A stretch of 64,000 nucleotides of DNA from Octopus vulgaris (lineage: Eukaryota): positions 99,076,001 to 99,140,000 of the forward strand of contig OX597818.1 of assembly GCA_951406725.2 (NCBI GenBank), given 5' to 3'. Shown here one piece after another: positions 9,824 to 23,715 of this stretch. The stretch's first letter is position 1. The number at the start of each line of letters is the position of its first letter. A program made the position numbers and the translations under genes. The notes beneath the pieces are model-generated. The model had not been told where the DNA came from and ran no database searches. It was given only the letters and a program-made list of their open reading frames with translations.

Positions 9824-11729
9824 CTAGAAAATGAGTCAATTAATAATAACCTTGTAATAACCTGAGACATACATTTGGCTACAGTGGCCCAAAGGTTCTT
9901 TACTTAGTCACTAAAATATGTGTTGTTTCAGGAATATTATAAAAGTATACTTGAATTGATGAATACAGCTGAAAATAGATACTCTTCCTAATTCTTGATT
10001 GATGTGCCAAGCTATTCAGATGGAAACAGATCTAGCTAACATGAACCATTAGATGGGTATGCCAATATTTACAGCAATATTAGAACCTTGAATTTTGCAT
10101 TAACATCTAATAAACATATGTAACTGAACATACTTAATGATATTGTCTAAATGTTTCAAGCTTCCTATGATTAGTGAAGGGAGTTTTCCTAAGCCTATAA
10201 GGGGTGCTGACTCCATATTTGCAATCAATGAGTGATGATGGAACAAGATGTTAAACTGCATGAATATACGATGTTTGTAACATAAATCAACAAATCACAA
10301 ATATACCATATATTTCTCCACTTAAATATGAACATACTGAATACCTAAAACCAAATAAATTGCAGGCTATTACCAAACAATCAGAATCAGATAGAAGGTA
10401 GCCAAATATCAAAACACAGATCATAAAAGATATCAAAAGGTAAGTCTATAATAAGTTAGGCAAAATATATTGAAATTAATCTCCTAAGTAAGGTAATGTC
10501 AGTGTTCTTTTTATGGCATAATTTAAAAGCCCAAGAAATAACTGTTTTTTTATTTTAATGTTTTGTTTTTTAAACACTTTTCTCTTTTTATGTTAATAAA
10601 CTAAGCCACATTATCATTTCTATCCATTTAAGCCAAACAATAATGAGATTCTTGTTGTTATACTCACTAAGTTTTACTGAAATTGCTAACAATATCCTTT
10701 GAATAGAGACTACTTGAATAGCAAACTAGATAAATCATGCTATGTTACTAAACTTCAATCATTCATTCAACACACTTGTTAGAGATGCAAAAATTATCAG
10801 CTATTTATGATAAATTACTTATATCTTTAGGAAAAATGTAAGTACATATTGAAATTTTCAATCCTGGATACATTAAAATTTAAAAAAAAGGAAATTATTT
10901 TGATTACAAAAATAAACAGATCAATAAATGAATATGACACAAATACAAAAGCAATAACTACAGAAAACAGGTAATAAATATATTTACAAAATATTTGAGC
11001 ATCCTCAGCATATAACTCATGTTTACTAACAGACAACATAAAGATTCAAAAGATCACTTGAACATATCTCCAAATCACAACAAAATGCAACTAAATAAAA
11101 GAAATGCTATCACTTACTGTAAAAGCCCTCAACTTAATGACTATATCAAAGTACAAAATACCAACACAAGATGACATTATATACATAAAACATATAGCAA
11201 CAATAAAGAGAGCTTATATACACTGTGTAATTACAAAACAGAACAGAAAAGCTTCAGTGTACTAAAATACCTCAATAAGAGCCTTAGAAAAATTTTTTAT
11301 GGAACCAAAAACCTCACGATATAAAGGTGTAATAAGAGCAATAATTAAATGGAAAATTGAGGTAAGCTAATCATAGTACCCTCTCAAATTACACTCCAAT
11401 AAAGCAGCAAAAACCAAGCCATGGAGGATGCTTCACAATATGAAATTATGAAACCTGTACATATATGCAACAAATAGCATTTAAATGTCAATAGGACATG
11501 ATAGCATACTTGAAACTTAAGTATTCATAAATCAGCAATAGAATGCACATTAATATAATGAATATATACACAGGATGATGGAAAGTATAAGCACTAATTT
11601 CAGAGGGAAAAATGGAAACAATCCATTGATGGTACCTAAAGTACATAGCATTTGTAGGGTGATGTGTTACTGATTACATTGCAGGGTGTCTGCATTCCAT
11701 TTCATCAAATCAGATGCTATGACTAGTTT

Positions 11730-13200
11730 ATGCTATTTGAAATAGAAGTGGAGCTGCTGAGGTTTCGTGGGACAATCATTCTTAAAAGTTCTGACTGGGC
11801 TTGGAGTTACTGGAGCAACAAAGAGGAGAGCTACAAATTTCATCACCGAAACTGCAGAGAAGACTACTAGGTGACTTTGGATAAAGAGGGCAGACCAGTG
11901 GTTTGCTACTATTGGGATGCAAGCTGGGACTTGATCAACCCCAGCTGGGTCAACTAGGTGAGGGGAGTCTGATGTTGAAAAACTCAAAACCCTTTGAGAC
12001 CCTAGAAATATCACTGATGATGCATCCCAGAGCATATGCAAGGTATTTCTTAATACTAATCATAAAATAATTTGAGGATCACTTAACACTAGTAAGATAA
12101 GCAATTCTTCTAGCATCCAGTGTAGTGTGTTGTTGATATTCACAATGAGAAATAATTCCATAAAACAAAATTTCACATCAAAATGTAACATCATTTACAT
12201 GAAAATTTTAGCAGTAAATTTATAACCATATACACATTACTCTTATTAATTATCCCACCAGGTTATATTTTTTAGCAACAACTTTAAAAAGTTGTAAACA
12301 CCATCATTAGGAAAAACTAGCACACAAATAAAACAGATAGTAATTGGAGCTACTTTTGCACATATGGTGTTGAGTTTTGTGGAAAAGAAAGGAATAGTTT
12401 GGGAGATTTATTTACTGTATCTAATGTGGAGTTGGATGCAAAGCAGACAGCAAATGTGGAAACTTTCTTCATGTGAGTACTAACAGAAATGTCATCGTTG
12501 AAAGGCAAAAGAAAAGAGGGTTCAAAATATTGGTAGAGATACTTTTGCCAAATGACCAGAATAACTGGTTGCATTTGGGTGGTAGGAAAGTTTGTACAAC
12601 ATAAGGCAGCATCTGTCCCATGCTTGCAGGAGTTGTGGTGCTTATAAGTGTCATTCAGGTTGTAAGGTTGGTGAATTTTTTCTAAGCATTGTAAAATGTG
12701 TTCAAACTACCTAAAGACTTAGGGCTGTGAGTTTTAGTTCTACATGGGATATGGAATGATATTCCTAAGAGAATGGTATTCTGTTTTTGATGAGACAAGG
12801 TAAATAAAGGACATGAGCTGCATAGAATTGGTAGATTTATGATGAGTCAGTTAATTTTAATGCCATAGGATCTTCGACACTGGAAATGGGTAGTCATGAT
12901 AAGGAGGTGGTTGAATACCCCCAAAAGTAGTGATAGAGAAGGTTTAGTAAAGATTAGATCTGGAACTGAGAAAGAGGTCAAGAGTGTTTGACGTGTGTAG
13001 AAAACAAAACTAGTTGATGCAGAGAGTTGATGATTGTGAAAGACTCAGTTTGTATGAGATGAATAGTAAAGCAAAGAAGAGTTATGATTGTTGAAGTTAT
13101 CATGGAAGATGTTTCAGAGAACTACGAAGTGAAGTATCCTCAATGCAAGGGATATGGTCTAAGAGTTAGTGGTGGCTGGAGGAGTTCAGAGAGTGATAGA
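11730..13200 (-). mobile_element. Decayed, internally deleted CR1/L2-group LINE (EN, linker and 3' end of ORF2)
   Basis: Minus-strand FWSFGKSISTN and KVSTFAVCFASNSTLD (linker motif FASNSTLD), and HMLWDASSVIFL (SHIWxGA-like 3' ORF2 segment). Many stops and frameshifts. Confidence 0.6.
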
Positions 13201-16200
13201 GAAAACAGATGAGTTTCAATGAACAGGAGAAGGAGAATTAGAGTAACTGAAAGTCTTTATTGCTGGTATATAGGTGAGATGGGTGAATGGCAGGAAGAGT
13301 GGGATCTATATAAATTCACACACAATGTTTTAGAAAGAAGTTTCTGTAAAGAGTGCTCCCTGGACAGCAATGACAAGCTGTAAATGAGGGCTGAGAGCTT
13401 TGAGAGAAATGGTATGAGTGGTTCGTAGACCCAAGAGAAGGAACAATTTCCCAGCAGGATTATTTTCAGTTTGAAGTATTTGGTGAATAGCAGTGTGAAA
13501 TTACAATAACCTAAACCTCTTCAACTAAGATGATAAATAATGATAGCAAAACTTGCTTGACTAGAATCTAATTCCAAAATGTAATATGTTTAATACAAAA
13601 AAATATCATGGCTAAAATGCAAATTATAATGTGTGACAAAAGCAAGAATTCTAGATTTAGTGGAATTTTTTACTCTCAACAGAATATAGTTTTGTTGCAG
13701 TGCACTAGTTAAAATTGATTAATGAATGAATCTCACAATAATAAACCGCAGTTTCTCATAGACTTTTGATAAAAATAAGTACCAATATGTTACAATAACT
13801 AGCTATCATTATCAAATATTTTATTAGCTATCCACCTTCATATGATCAAATTCCACCAAGCTTACACGATAACTATAGTAGTTTTCTTTCCCACAGTAAG
13901 CAAACAAAAATTCATTAGAAATCTCCAGATATTAGCAGCCATCTGCATGAAATAAACAATAGTTAAGTTATTTGTAATGTATGTGATGCTGGAAGCAGGA
14001 AAAGAAACTACTGAAAAAAAATCACAATAACTTTAGAGCACAGTGTTACCTTTCCACATCATTGTTTGAGGCATCCAGCACTGACAAGTTTGCACAGGCA
14101 AGTAATAGAGCTAATAAAATTAAATTTGTTAGTTAGGAGAGCTATATAAATAGTATCATCTACAATACCAAGATTTCATGGATTGTTCTATATTAGTGTA
14201 TTTAGATGTACTTAGCAAATATTAATTAACCTAAACCAGTGTGTTTCATAGGAAGGGTGTATGTAAAAGATTGGAAAATGGACAGACAAATTGCTATGTT
14301 TAATAAATTACATGATTTTAAACTTGTTCAGCACTCTGGATAAGAGAATTAAATAGAGTTTTTTGTCTTCGCATTAATAAATAGCCAAGCATGATAATTT
14401 TATTGATATAGTGATGATGGGTGCACTGATATTTATGAGTTTGAAAGCTGCTGATTTGAGGCATTGGTTTTGTAATCTTTCCTAGTCTGATGAAGTCAAA
14501 TTAGTAGATGTTCAGCTCAATCATCTTCAGTTTAATGCCTGCATAAAAGCCACAGGCAATAAGGGGATTCCAGAGGGTTACAGTTCAGAGGAAAAAGGAT
14601 TGAGCAATGTATTTACAAGATTTGGGAAGGAAGACAAAACAGAAATGATAAGATGAAATGGAGGTGAAGCAGGTGAGCTTGGATGGAGGTGATAGATTGA
14701 TTACACATTCAGAGCACCAGAAACCATTGTAGTTATTATTGTTCTTGTAAAAGTGACAGAAGGATACGTCACATTAATTAATCAGTGGTTGCAATGAGTA
14801 ATGGTAATATTTTTAATGCATACTAGGATGTGTGTGTGAGTGTGTGATAGTGACACCATCTCAAATGCATGAACAGTACTCCAATATGCAAAGTACAAGC
14901 AACTAGTCATTTATAACCAAATTAAATACTAATATATGAAATGAAAGCCTTTAGAAAAGAGTTTTAGATATGCTGCATAAACTAGAATGTTACCTGTTAT
15001 ATGACAGCTAACTTTGGAAATATACTTTTGCCACTATGTGTAATATGAGGAAATATGGCATACATACAATAATTTAATTTTCTTCAAAGTTTTTGGGACT
15101 AATACTAAATAATGACATGAAAAATAATTATTACCATAAAATAAATTTAACAAAACAAATTTCTCTTTTACACAATTCTTCCTATAACTATACTGCCATT
15201 TACTCTCGCTCATCATCCTCTGTCTTTAAGACTCTTTCTCTCTCTCTCTATGTAGAGCATCCCTTTATACATTTCTTGCCACCAAGCCTTGTATGTGCAC
15301 TCATCTTGTACCTTTTATGTTAAGTCTCTCTGTATATCTCTTTTACTCTCTCTGTATGTAAGCATGACTGGAGATATCAACAAACCAACATTTATATCAG
15401 CTATTATTAGATAATTATATACAGATATGAATTAGACATTTGAATATATTTGAAAAGGAAGATCTATTTACAAGCAATAAAAAATATTTTCTTAAAAATA
15501 TACACACATGAATATGTACATGTAAATAACATTCATACATAATTTTTTTTCTGGTGAAGCCATTGTAACCATTACACTAAACAAATGATGTATTTACATT
15601 TGCTGCATTATTTTGTAATGATAATAATAATATATACATATTAACTATCAAAGTCTTTTGTTACATATTTATTGTCTAGATCAGACATTACATAACTGTA
15701 TCAATTAAAATTAATTAACAAGAAACAATTCTAAACTTTAAATAAGGGAGTATATTGTTATACTTCAACTAAATTTGGAAGAGAGCTGTTGTAATGATAA
15801 TAGGTGAAGAGCATGGTGCAATAAAGATAGATTTGATAAGGCAATATTTGTGGACCCTACAAAATCCAACCTAAATATTAAATTCATCAAATTGAATTTT
15901 CTACAAATTCATTGCTTTTGATTGAAATATTGCACTATTTATCTAAAATATGTTTATCACGTAAGTTATGTGGAGGGATCTTGTGCAAATATCACAAAAA
16001 TGCTTGAAGAACATTAATCTTGGTGTATATATTACATCAACACACTAAAAAAAACCCATCTTCATGCTTAAGGAATGTGTGTATGTGTGTGTGTGAGTGT
16101 GTGTGTATGTGTATATATATATATATATATAATATGTATATAATTTAGAGAAAAAAACCTCTATTAAACAATTCAATAATGAAATATGTTATTCACACCA

Positions 16201-16862
16201 TATAGAAAACATACTATAAAAACCTTAATCTAAAAATCAATAAAGTACAATAAATAGTAAATAGTAGTAAAGTATTATTTACTATATATATATATATATA
16301 TTTATATATTGTGTACATGAGTAAATGCTTTCAGGAATATTTGATGATCCATTAACTTGACTGATGAGATGAGCATATGTTGCCTTTACATTACATTGAT
16401 TTAAAACATTTTCTGACACCTATACTTAGTGAGAAGCCGTATTATGATTACCAGGAAATATCTAGATAGCAATAATGCTGCTTCTCCCTACAAGAAATGT
16501 TTGGTAACAATAGATGCTATTCTGTCATTGACTCATCAAGAGAACTTGCAAAACAAGGGATAACTATGGCTACCTTAGCTGAGCCTTTAAGTATCACATT
16601 TTATGCATAGTTGCAGACAATTTTTTCCATATTCAGCTTCAGGCAAGTGTATGTGTTTGCATTTATATATATATGCATGTACATGTAAATGTGTATATCA
16701 GTCTTTTATTTTCACTCCTCCCTCATCTTTACTACGAAAGGGGTAAGTAATAGCTGGAAATGTTATCTGTAATACGTAATTTTTATTGGAATGTAATATT
16801 ATAATTAGGAAACATGCTTTTCTTTAAAGCAAATATTTTATATAGTTATAAGATATACAAAC

Positions 16863-16978
16863 CTTCCGCCATGTGATTTCTGGTTTTGGTGTTCCTTCAG
16901 CATCACATGGTATAGTTATTGAGTTGCCTGCCACCGACTGGTATATCGGCTTTGGACGGATTGTGAAGTATGGTGGAT
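16863..16978 (-). CDS. tutl: Coding exon, first half of Ig5 of the turtle/IGSF9-like gene
   Basis: Acceptor cccttctag|AT completes G+AT=Asp from the upstream exon, giving DPPYFTIRPKPIYQSVAGNSITIPCDAEGTPKPEITWRK, donor AAG|gtttgt. 116 bp, phase 1/0. Resembles turtle KPPAFTVEP..YQRKVG and IGSF9 APPAFIERP..IPC.AQG.PPP...W.K. Confidence 0.88.
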
Positions 16979-18054
16979 CTAGAAGGGTAGAATTCAATGG
17001 AAATAAAAGCAGGTATATGTTAATCAGAAAAGGTTTGATAGGAAGAAAAAAAAAAAAAAAGGAGGTAAAAAAACAGCCATCACCATTCCAGCAAAGCACA
17101 CTCTTGTGTGTGTTTACCTGCCTGTTTATTCATGTTATTATGCACAATGTGTAACCTTTTGATTTGATATTCTTTTTAAAGAATTGTTACAATAAAAATC
17201 CTTTATACAGAATCATACAGCAGCTTTGATAAATTTAAAGAGGTGATAGTGACCTAGAAGGGAAAAAGAAAAACAATGGAAGGAATGAAATAAGAGAGGA
17301 AAATTGAAATGAGGGTAATGGAGAGAATTCTGAAATTCTGGAGAAAGAAAAATTATGCAAAACCATCTGAAAATCTTTGACAAGATATATATTTGTTTGA
17401 TGAAGTAGCTACAGTAGGAAGAAAGGGTGGAAACTTAGACTGGAAATGAAACTTGGTTCCTATGAATGCGTATCAAATACGTCTTAATAAGTCAATATAT
17501 ATACATATAAATGTTCTTCTGCGAGAGAAATACTTAGACCATGTATATGTATAGATATGGCAGATCCATGTACATCACCTAAGTACACAGAAAATTGATG
17601 TTAATATTTTTAAGACACTTTCTCATTATATTTAGGTGAATATTAAATAACAGTGTATACATGAATTTGTACATTACTCACATGCATCCCATGTTTCATT
17701 TGTATGTGTTAATATGTACATAAATATATACAAATATATATATGATTTATTACATGTTTATAATGATTTGTTGAATATAGCAGAATGCATTCACTTAATT
17801 TTTAAAAAAACAACTTTTGTAGCTGCATGGTTGTGGCCATTTAAAGACTTTTCACATGAATAAATCTGCCCACAGGTTGTTGGAGCAAATCATTTTATTA
17901 ACAATGTATCATTCCCAATATCAACTACTTGAAAAGTACTCTTCCTATATCTAGGAAGGTATCTTGGCTGTCACAGATATTAAAAGAATTTTATATTGAA
18001 CATCCATGATAAAACAGAGGAAAGAACAGGAAAACTTACACAAACGCACATACA

Positions 18055-18101
<47 letters not shown>

Positions 18102-18727
18102 ATGCGCATGTGTGTGTGTGCATGTACATGCGCATGTGTGTGTGTGTTAAAATGATGATATGTTAAAGCTAACTTAATAACAACTAGATATTTACTGTTA
18201 GTGTGGATCTATACTGATAGTAGTGTTAAATCAATTGCACAGATCAAGCAGACTGGGACCCCAAGTTTTGCCTGTCTGTTCAGCCATTGAGAGAGGAAAT
18301 CATCAAAAAGAAGTGAGGGGATAATAAGTTATACTATTTGGTAAGAATTTCAAATGAGCTAAGTCAATGAAGCGTTTAAAGGTCAAGAAGCAGATTAAGC
18401 AGATAAGTCAGTGTTGGTTAAAGACAAGGTTAGTTTGGAGTAGAGGATGGACATTAAAGAAATAAAAGGGCTGAGGTTTATTGGATAGATTTTGCTATAA
18501 TATCAACAATGAAAAAATAGTTTGGGTGGCTCTGGGTATTTTGTACATGGGCTGACTTTTGCAATGTTTTTAATATAAAAAAGGGTCATATGGAGATTAT
18601 GGGAAGAAAAATACTTAATTTTTAAATATGTGTGTGTATGTGTAAACCAGTTTTTAATATCAATGTGTCTATATATAGCTACAGAAAAGAAAAAAAAACT
18701 ACTGCAAGGATAATAAGGCATGGTTAG

Positions 18728-18797
18728 ATGCAGACATAGTTATGTGGTTAACAAGACTGAGTCTCAACCATGTAGCTTCAGGTTCAGTTCCACGGCG
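18728..18797 (+). mobile_element. tRNA-like head of a second SINE family (similar heads at ~24105-24195 and ~32825-32965)
   Basis: gttatgtggttaacaag...caaccatgtagcttcaggttcagttccac: A-box/B-box-like layout with no intact cloverleaf. Confidence 0.5.
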
Positions 18798-20416
18798 AAA
18801 AAAAAAATATTCATAAAAAGAACAAGTCTACTTATTTGAGAAAAATACAACACATAAACCTAGAAAAAACAGACTGAAAAAATAAATTTCCATCTAGTAA
18901 CATTTTTATCCAGTCATTTGAAAAGGATCTGAACATAATAAAAAAAATCTAAAATTTTAAAAAAGTGTTTTTAAATTTGAGAATAACTTCCAAAACAACT
19001 ATACAGCATTTTAATAGAATATAGAATTACAGTCTCTTTGCTAAATTATATAAAACTCAGAATATTTATTACTTAATAGAGAATCCTACTTCCTCCAAAC
19101 ATATGACACTAGACTGAATGAAATTAAAATCTCTGCCAGAAAGGAAGCTACTAAACTCAATATTGAAGAAAGATCCAATAAACTAACCCAGCAAGAACCA
19201 CACATAAGTTGAAAAGATCACATACCTAAGTTCATGCACCATCCAACTACTGGATAGATAGACACTTGGAAAACTGACTCTGGAACAATAAGTAATCTAT
19301 TATAGATTCTTTTATTTATAAAATTAAATAACAATCATCACTAGCACTGGAACAATTCCTTTCCCTAACACACTGCTTTTAAAAATGTACTAAATAAATC
19401 AGAAGGACACTTTTTCAGTTTTATATATTTAACTATTACCCTTTCATCAAGAAAATACTGACACACAAAACAATGCTCTAACAATAATACCACAGATACA
19501 AATTGACATTGACACCATTTTCCAGCAAGAAAATCAATATAATTTTTTCAAAACACCCTTTGGGAATCAGCACCTGCTGGATTCTGAACCATTTGTTGTT
19601 GGCATGGGACCGAGTTAGTGATTTGGTGAACTTGTACATTTTATAATTAAATCAAAAATTCCTACATATTTCAAAGGGACTCTATAGAGACGATAACATA
19701 AAAACTTTAATAAACAGAGAAAGTAAAATTCCAAAAGAAGTTAAATTCTTTGACTTATTTAGTATTAGTCTTCAAAATTACTGTAGAAAACCAACCCCCA
19801 CACAATTTTCTGCATATAAATTTAAGCCCTCAACAACTCTTCAAACCACTTATATCAAAGACCTACCAAAAATATTTAGTACATCAACAAATTACCAAAT
19901 CACATGAAGAAAATCATAAATAACCTCATCCACAGTTTAACTTTCAAATCATTTGAATGTGTAGTGGCTAGATCGCTAGTGCATTGTGATCAACAAAATA
20001 TAACATAATGTCCAATAGTCTGGTTAATCATGTGATTATGTTATATATCTCATCATCGTTTAACATCTGCCTTCAATGCTGGCATTATATATATATATAT
20101 GTATAGTAATATTTTCTTTCTGTTGACATGTTTACAGATACATCTATTAGAAACTACAGCTTCCATACATACCACAGGCACACACATAATTAAAAGGTAA
20201 AATATTTTGCTTTACATAAACTCCATTTGAAATTAACTTTTTTAAAAATAAAACATAATATTCAGTCTACTTACAAGGTAACTTGCACCATCAAAGTTAT
20301 TATTTTCAATTCTGATATGGTGGCAACCTTTACCTAATAACCCTTCTCAAAATTTTTGTTTTTTTATTGTCTTCCATTCACTCCCATATATTCCTCCATC
20401 TATCTATCTATCTATC

Positions 20417-20452
<36 letters not shown>

Positions 20453-21207
20453 ATTTAGGGTATTTAGGGAAATAGCAACCAAAATTTGACTCTAAAATCA
20501 CATAAAATTTTCATACACCACCTGGAGAGAAGACAAAAAGGACAAAATAAACTAGCAAAAAATTTTATATATATTTATATATATATGTGTGTGTGTGTGT
20601 GTGCGTGCGTGCATGCACACATACATGTGTGTGTGTGAATGTGCATGTGCAAGTAAAGAGGAGTGTAATAAAAAAAATATCAATTTCATATTGATACAAT
20701 CTACTATCTAGCATATGATCTTTGGTGTTTGATATCTATTTGCTTACTCTACTGTCCCGACCTGTCATCACATGTACCATAACCCATTCAATATTAGATG
20801 GGATTCAATAATGTAAATTAGTCTTTTTAAGAATCAATTAGCAGTATGCAGCAAATAGATGTGAATAGACTACAAAAGGACATGGTTTAATTTAAGGGAA
20901 AACACATGGTCCACATTGATTTTCATATAAGATTAAAATTTCTGTAATCACAATTTATGGCTAAGGGATATTAAACATTTTGACCTTAGATTAGGTTTCT
21001 ATGTTTGGGTATGTCAATGAGTGTGCATGAATGTGAGTGTAAGTCTATGTATGCATACACAGATGTATTTTACTTTTACTTAAAATACATATGTATATAT
21101 GTGTACACATAAACATATATATGCATATTTATATATACACACTCACAATAATGTCCCAATGCCAGTAGGGAAGGCGGACATTAAACAATGATGATGATGA
21201 TGATAAA

Positions 21208-21241
<34 letters not shown>

Positions 21242-21255
21242 CATACATATATGAG

Positions 21256-21354
21256 TATCAAAACAGGAGATTGAAAAAATTTGGGCATTACTATTTATTC
21301 ACCATATGGCAAATAAATAATACCAAAATATTTTTTCAATCTCCTGTTTTGATA
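21256..21354. repeat. ~100-bp fold-back hairpin next to a (TA)n tract
   Basis: tatcaaaacaggagattgaaaaaat (21256-21280) is the exact reverse complement of 21330-21354. The inner arms also pair imperfectly down to the central ccatatgg. Confidence 0.85.
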
Positions 21355-21998
21355 TGTAATTATTCCAGCATTTTTCAACTTTTATGCATGCCTCACACAC
21401 TTATAGAATTTAGGAGAACTGAAATATACAGATGTGCTTCACAAACACTATAACCCTATCTATATACATACATACATATATATGTACATATGTGCTTATA
21501 TACACACACAAAGAAAAATAGAATAGAGACAGCAGGTACTAAAAAAGAGAAAAAGGGGAAGAGAGACATAGAAGAGAGAAAGAAAAGGAGAGAAAAGGAC
21601 CTGAAAAAATGGGAGGAGCAAAAAAGGAAGAGAGGTGAAAGCAGAAGGAAAAAGATTATTCATTAAAACAGAAAAACAAAATGAGTAAAATCAAATGAAA
21701 GAAATAGAAAGTATAATGCAGAGATTATTTAATGTAGATATTAACCAGTTTCAAATATACACTACAGAATGCCTGAAAAAAAATATATATACAGGTTGTG
21801 CTGCTGAGGCATATTGGAGAAAAAGCACATAGGAAGCAGGACCTGCACTTGTAAATTTAAACAAAATTTGTTTATATGCAACATTTCACACATAGATTAT
21901 ACCAACACAGCATTTTCACCACACACCACAGCAAAATTCCATGAAACAAATTTTATATATATATATACACATAAACAAATACATACATAATTTAGTTC

Positions 21999-22179
21999 TG
22001 GAACAATGGATCTTGAAGCACACTTGCAGCAAGAAACAATAGCATGCACATATTAGGTTCAAAATATGCTTTACGATAGGAAAAGCCTTCAACATTTTCT
22101 ATCCAAAACACCTTTTCCAACCCAATTTTTACATTCCGTTATTTGTGTCTTTACGTGTGCTTCAAGATCCATTGTTCCA
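21999..22179. repeat. Inverted repeat, 25-bp perfect arms, 131-bp spacer
   Basis: tggaacaatggatcttgaagcacac (21999-22023) / gtgtgcttcaagatccattgttcca (22155-22179), extending imperfectly to ~21987/22192. Confidence 0.85.
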
Positions 22180-22370
22180 AAACACAAATTATTTCACATT
22201 CTCTTGAAGGTTTATAAATTCTTATGATGTGAAAAAAATATGTTAGGTGTATGTATTATATATTAAATACATGTTATATATGTAGTACAAACACATACAA
22301 ATTACATATTAAATATATATCATATATATATACTGAAGGCATACATTCCCTTGCCCTCAATATGAATATA

Positions 22371-22468
22371 TATATTTAAGAGAAAAATTGATGGATTTTT
22401 CCCTTATGAGGTTTTTCACACTAACTACTTGATAAATTCTTATAAAGATTTTATCCTATTTTAAAATT
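22371..22468 (+). mobile_element. Solo terminal fragment of the 2373-3013 element family
   Basis: tatatttaagagaaaaattgatggatttttcccttatgaggtttttcacactaactacttgataaattcttataaagattttatcctatttt matches 2917-3013 and the reverse complement of 2375-2470. It runs into (TA)n. Confidence 0.85.
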
Positions 22469-22502
22469 ATATATATATATATATTAAATATCTTTATAAA
22501 AT

Positions 22503-22539
<37 letters not shown>

Positions 22540-22927
22540 GGTTTTCCCCTTATCTTAAAAAGTAATTTTTAATCGAAAAAATTTTCTAAACGATGAACTT
22601 ATCTTACCTTATATATTATACATTTGTATGTTTCCTATATATATATATATATATATGTATTTTTATATTTATTATTCTAGATGTTATAATGTTAAAATAT
22701 ATATATATATATATATAAAATTTTGTCGCTAAAGTATTAATTATTAATTGCGGTAGACTGTAGTCACACATTTCTCTTATATGCTTGTATAAATGAATTA
22801 TGTTTCATCTTCTGTGATTTTATGCATCTATATTCTATGTGTAAGAAAAAGCATTATGTGATTAAATGTTTGAGATGTGATATGTTACGTAGATGACCTT
22901 ATATTTGTTTGTTCTGCAACCATAGTT

Positions 22928-22964
<37 letters not shown>

Positions 22965-22974
22965 CATACATATA

Positions 22975-23430
22975 TTTCAAATTGTTTGAAAGATTCCACC
23001 AAAAATGCCTTCACAACATTTTAAACATTAAATGGGTCTTTTTTACTCCAGATACAGATGTCTTTGCCTCTGTAGGTATCACTTATTGTATGCACAGTTT
23101 GTGACAGACCATGCCTTTCTTTTGCTGGGCTCAAATCTCATTTGCAGACCTATGAAAAATGAACCTCCACCAACTATTCTGCCCATATATCTGTGCACAC
23201 CTTTCAATGCTGTGTATGCCATAAGGTCTGCAAATCTAACGAAGGTCTCAAAAGACATTTTAAGATCCACAAAGATCAGAACTTAACTACAGCTCTTGGT
23301 AGTCCAAATCAGATATGCAATCTATGAGGGTATATTTTCAATATACTGTCTGGTTTAAAAAGCCACATCAGATGCCATGATGGATCTAAGGTGTAGGTAC
23401 AAGAAATGACCAGACTCTGTATAAGGAGAA
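22975..23430 (+). mobile_element. RTE-clade LINE 3' fragment
   Basis: KLFERFHQKCLHNILNIKWVFFTPDTDV resembles the RTE/BovB-type LERFHQRCLRxILxIxWxDxxxxxEV segment. Confidence 0.6.
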
Positions 23431-23502
23431 GACAACCACACACACACACATATATACTTGCACACACACACAGAGATACAAATATATATAGAGAGAGGGG
23501 GG

Positions 23503-23715
23503 GGAGTAAATGTAATGAGAATCAAGTTAGGCAAACTGATTTACAAAGAATACTAAATGCATTTAATAGAAAAAATGTACATGTGTATGGATATAAAATA
23601 GTCCGACCTAGAGAATATAAAAGATATCAGGAGTTAAATGGATAGAGTTTTATGAGTTCATTTAATATTTTGTGTAAATTGACTTGCCTAACTTGCTTTT
23701 CATTACATTTACTCC
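23503..23715. repeat. Imperfect ~57-bp inverted repeat with ~100-bp spacer
   Basis: ggagtaaatgtaatgagaatcaagttaggcaaactgatttacaaagaatactaaatg versus the reverse complement of catttaatattttgtgtaaattgacttgcctaacttgcttttcattacatttactcc. Confidence 0.8.

Noticed and set aside
16873-17154. 93-aa + strand ORF with a poly-Lys stretch; likewise + ORF 61451-61696
   Set aside because: Antisense shadows of the real minus-strand exons plus the polypyrimidine tract.
18800-19940. A/C-rich stretch suggestive of a LINE remnant (also 27900-28200)
   Set aside because: Compositional bias only; no motif I could assign.
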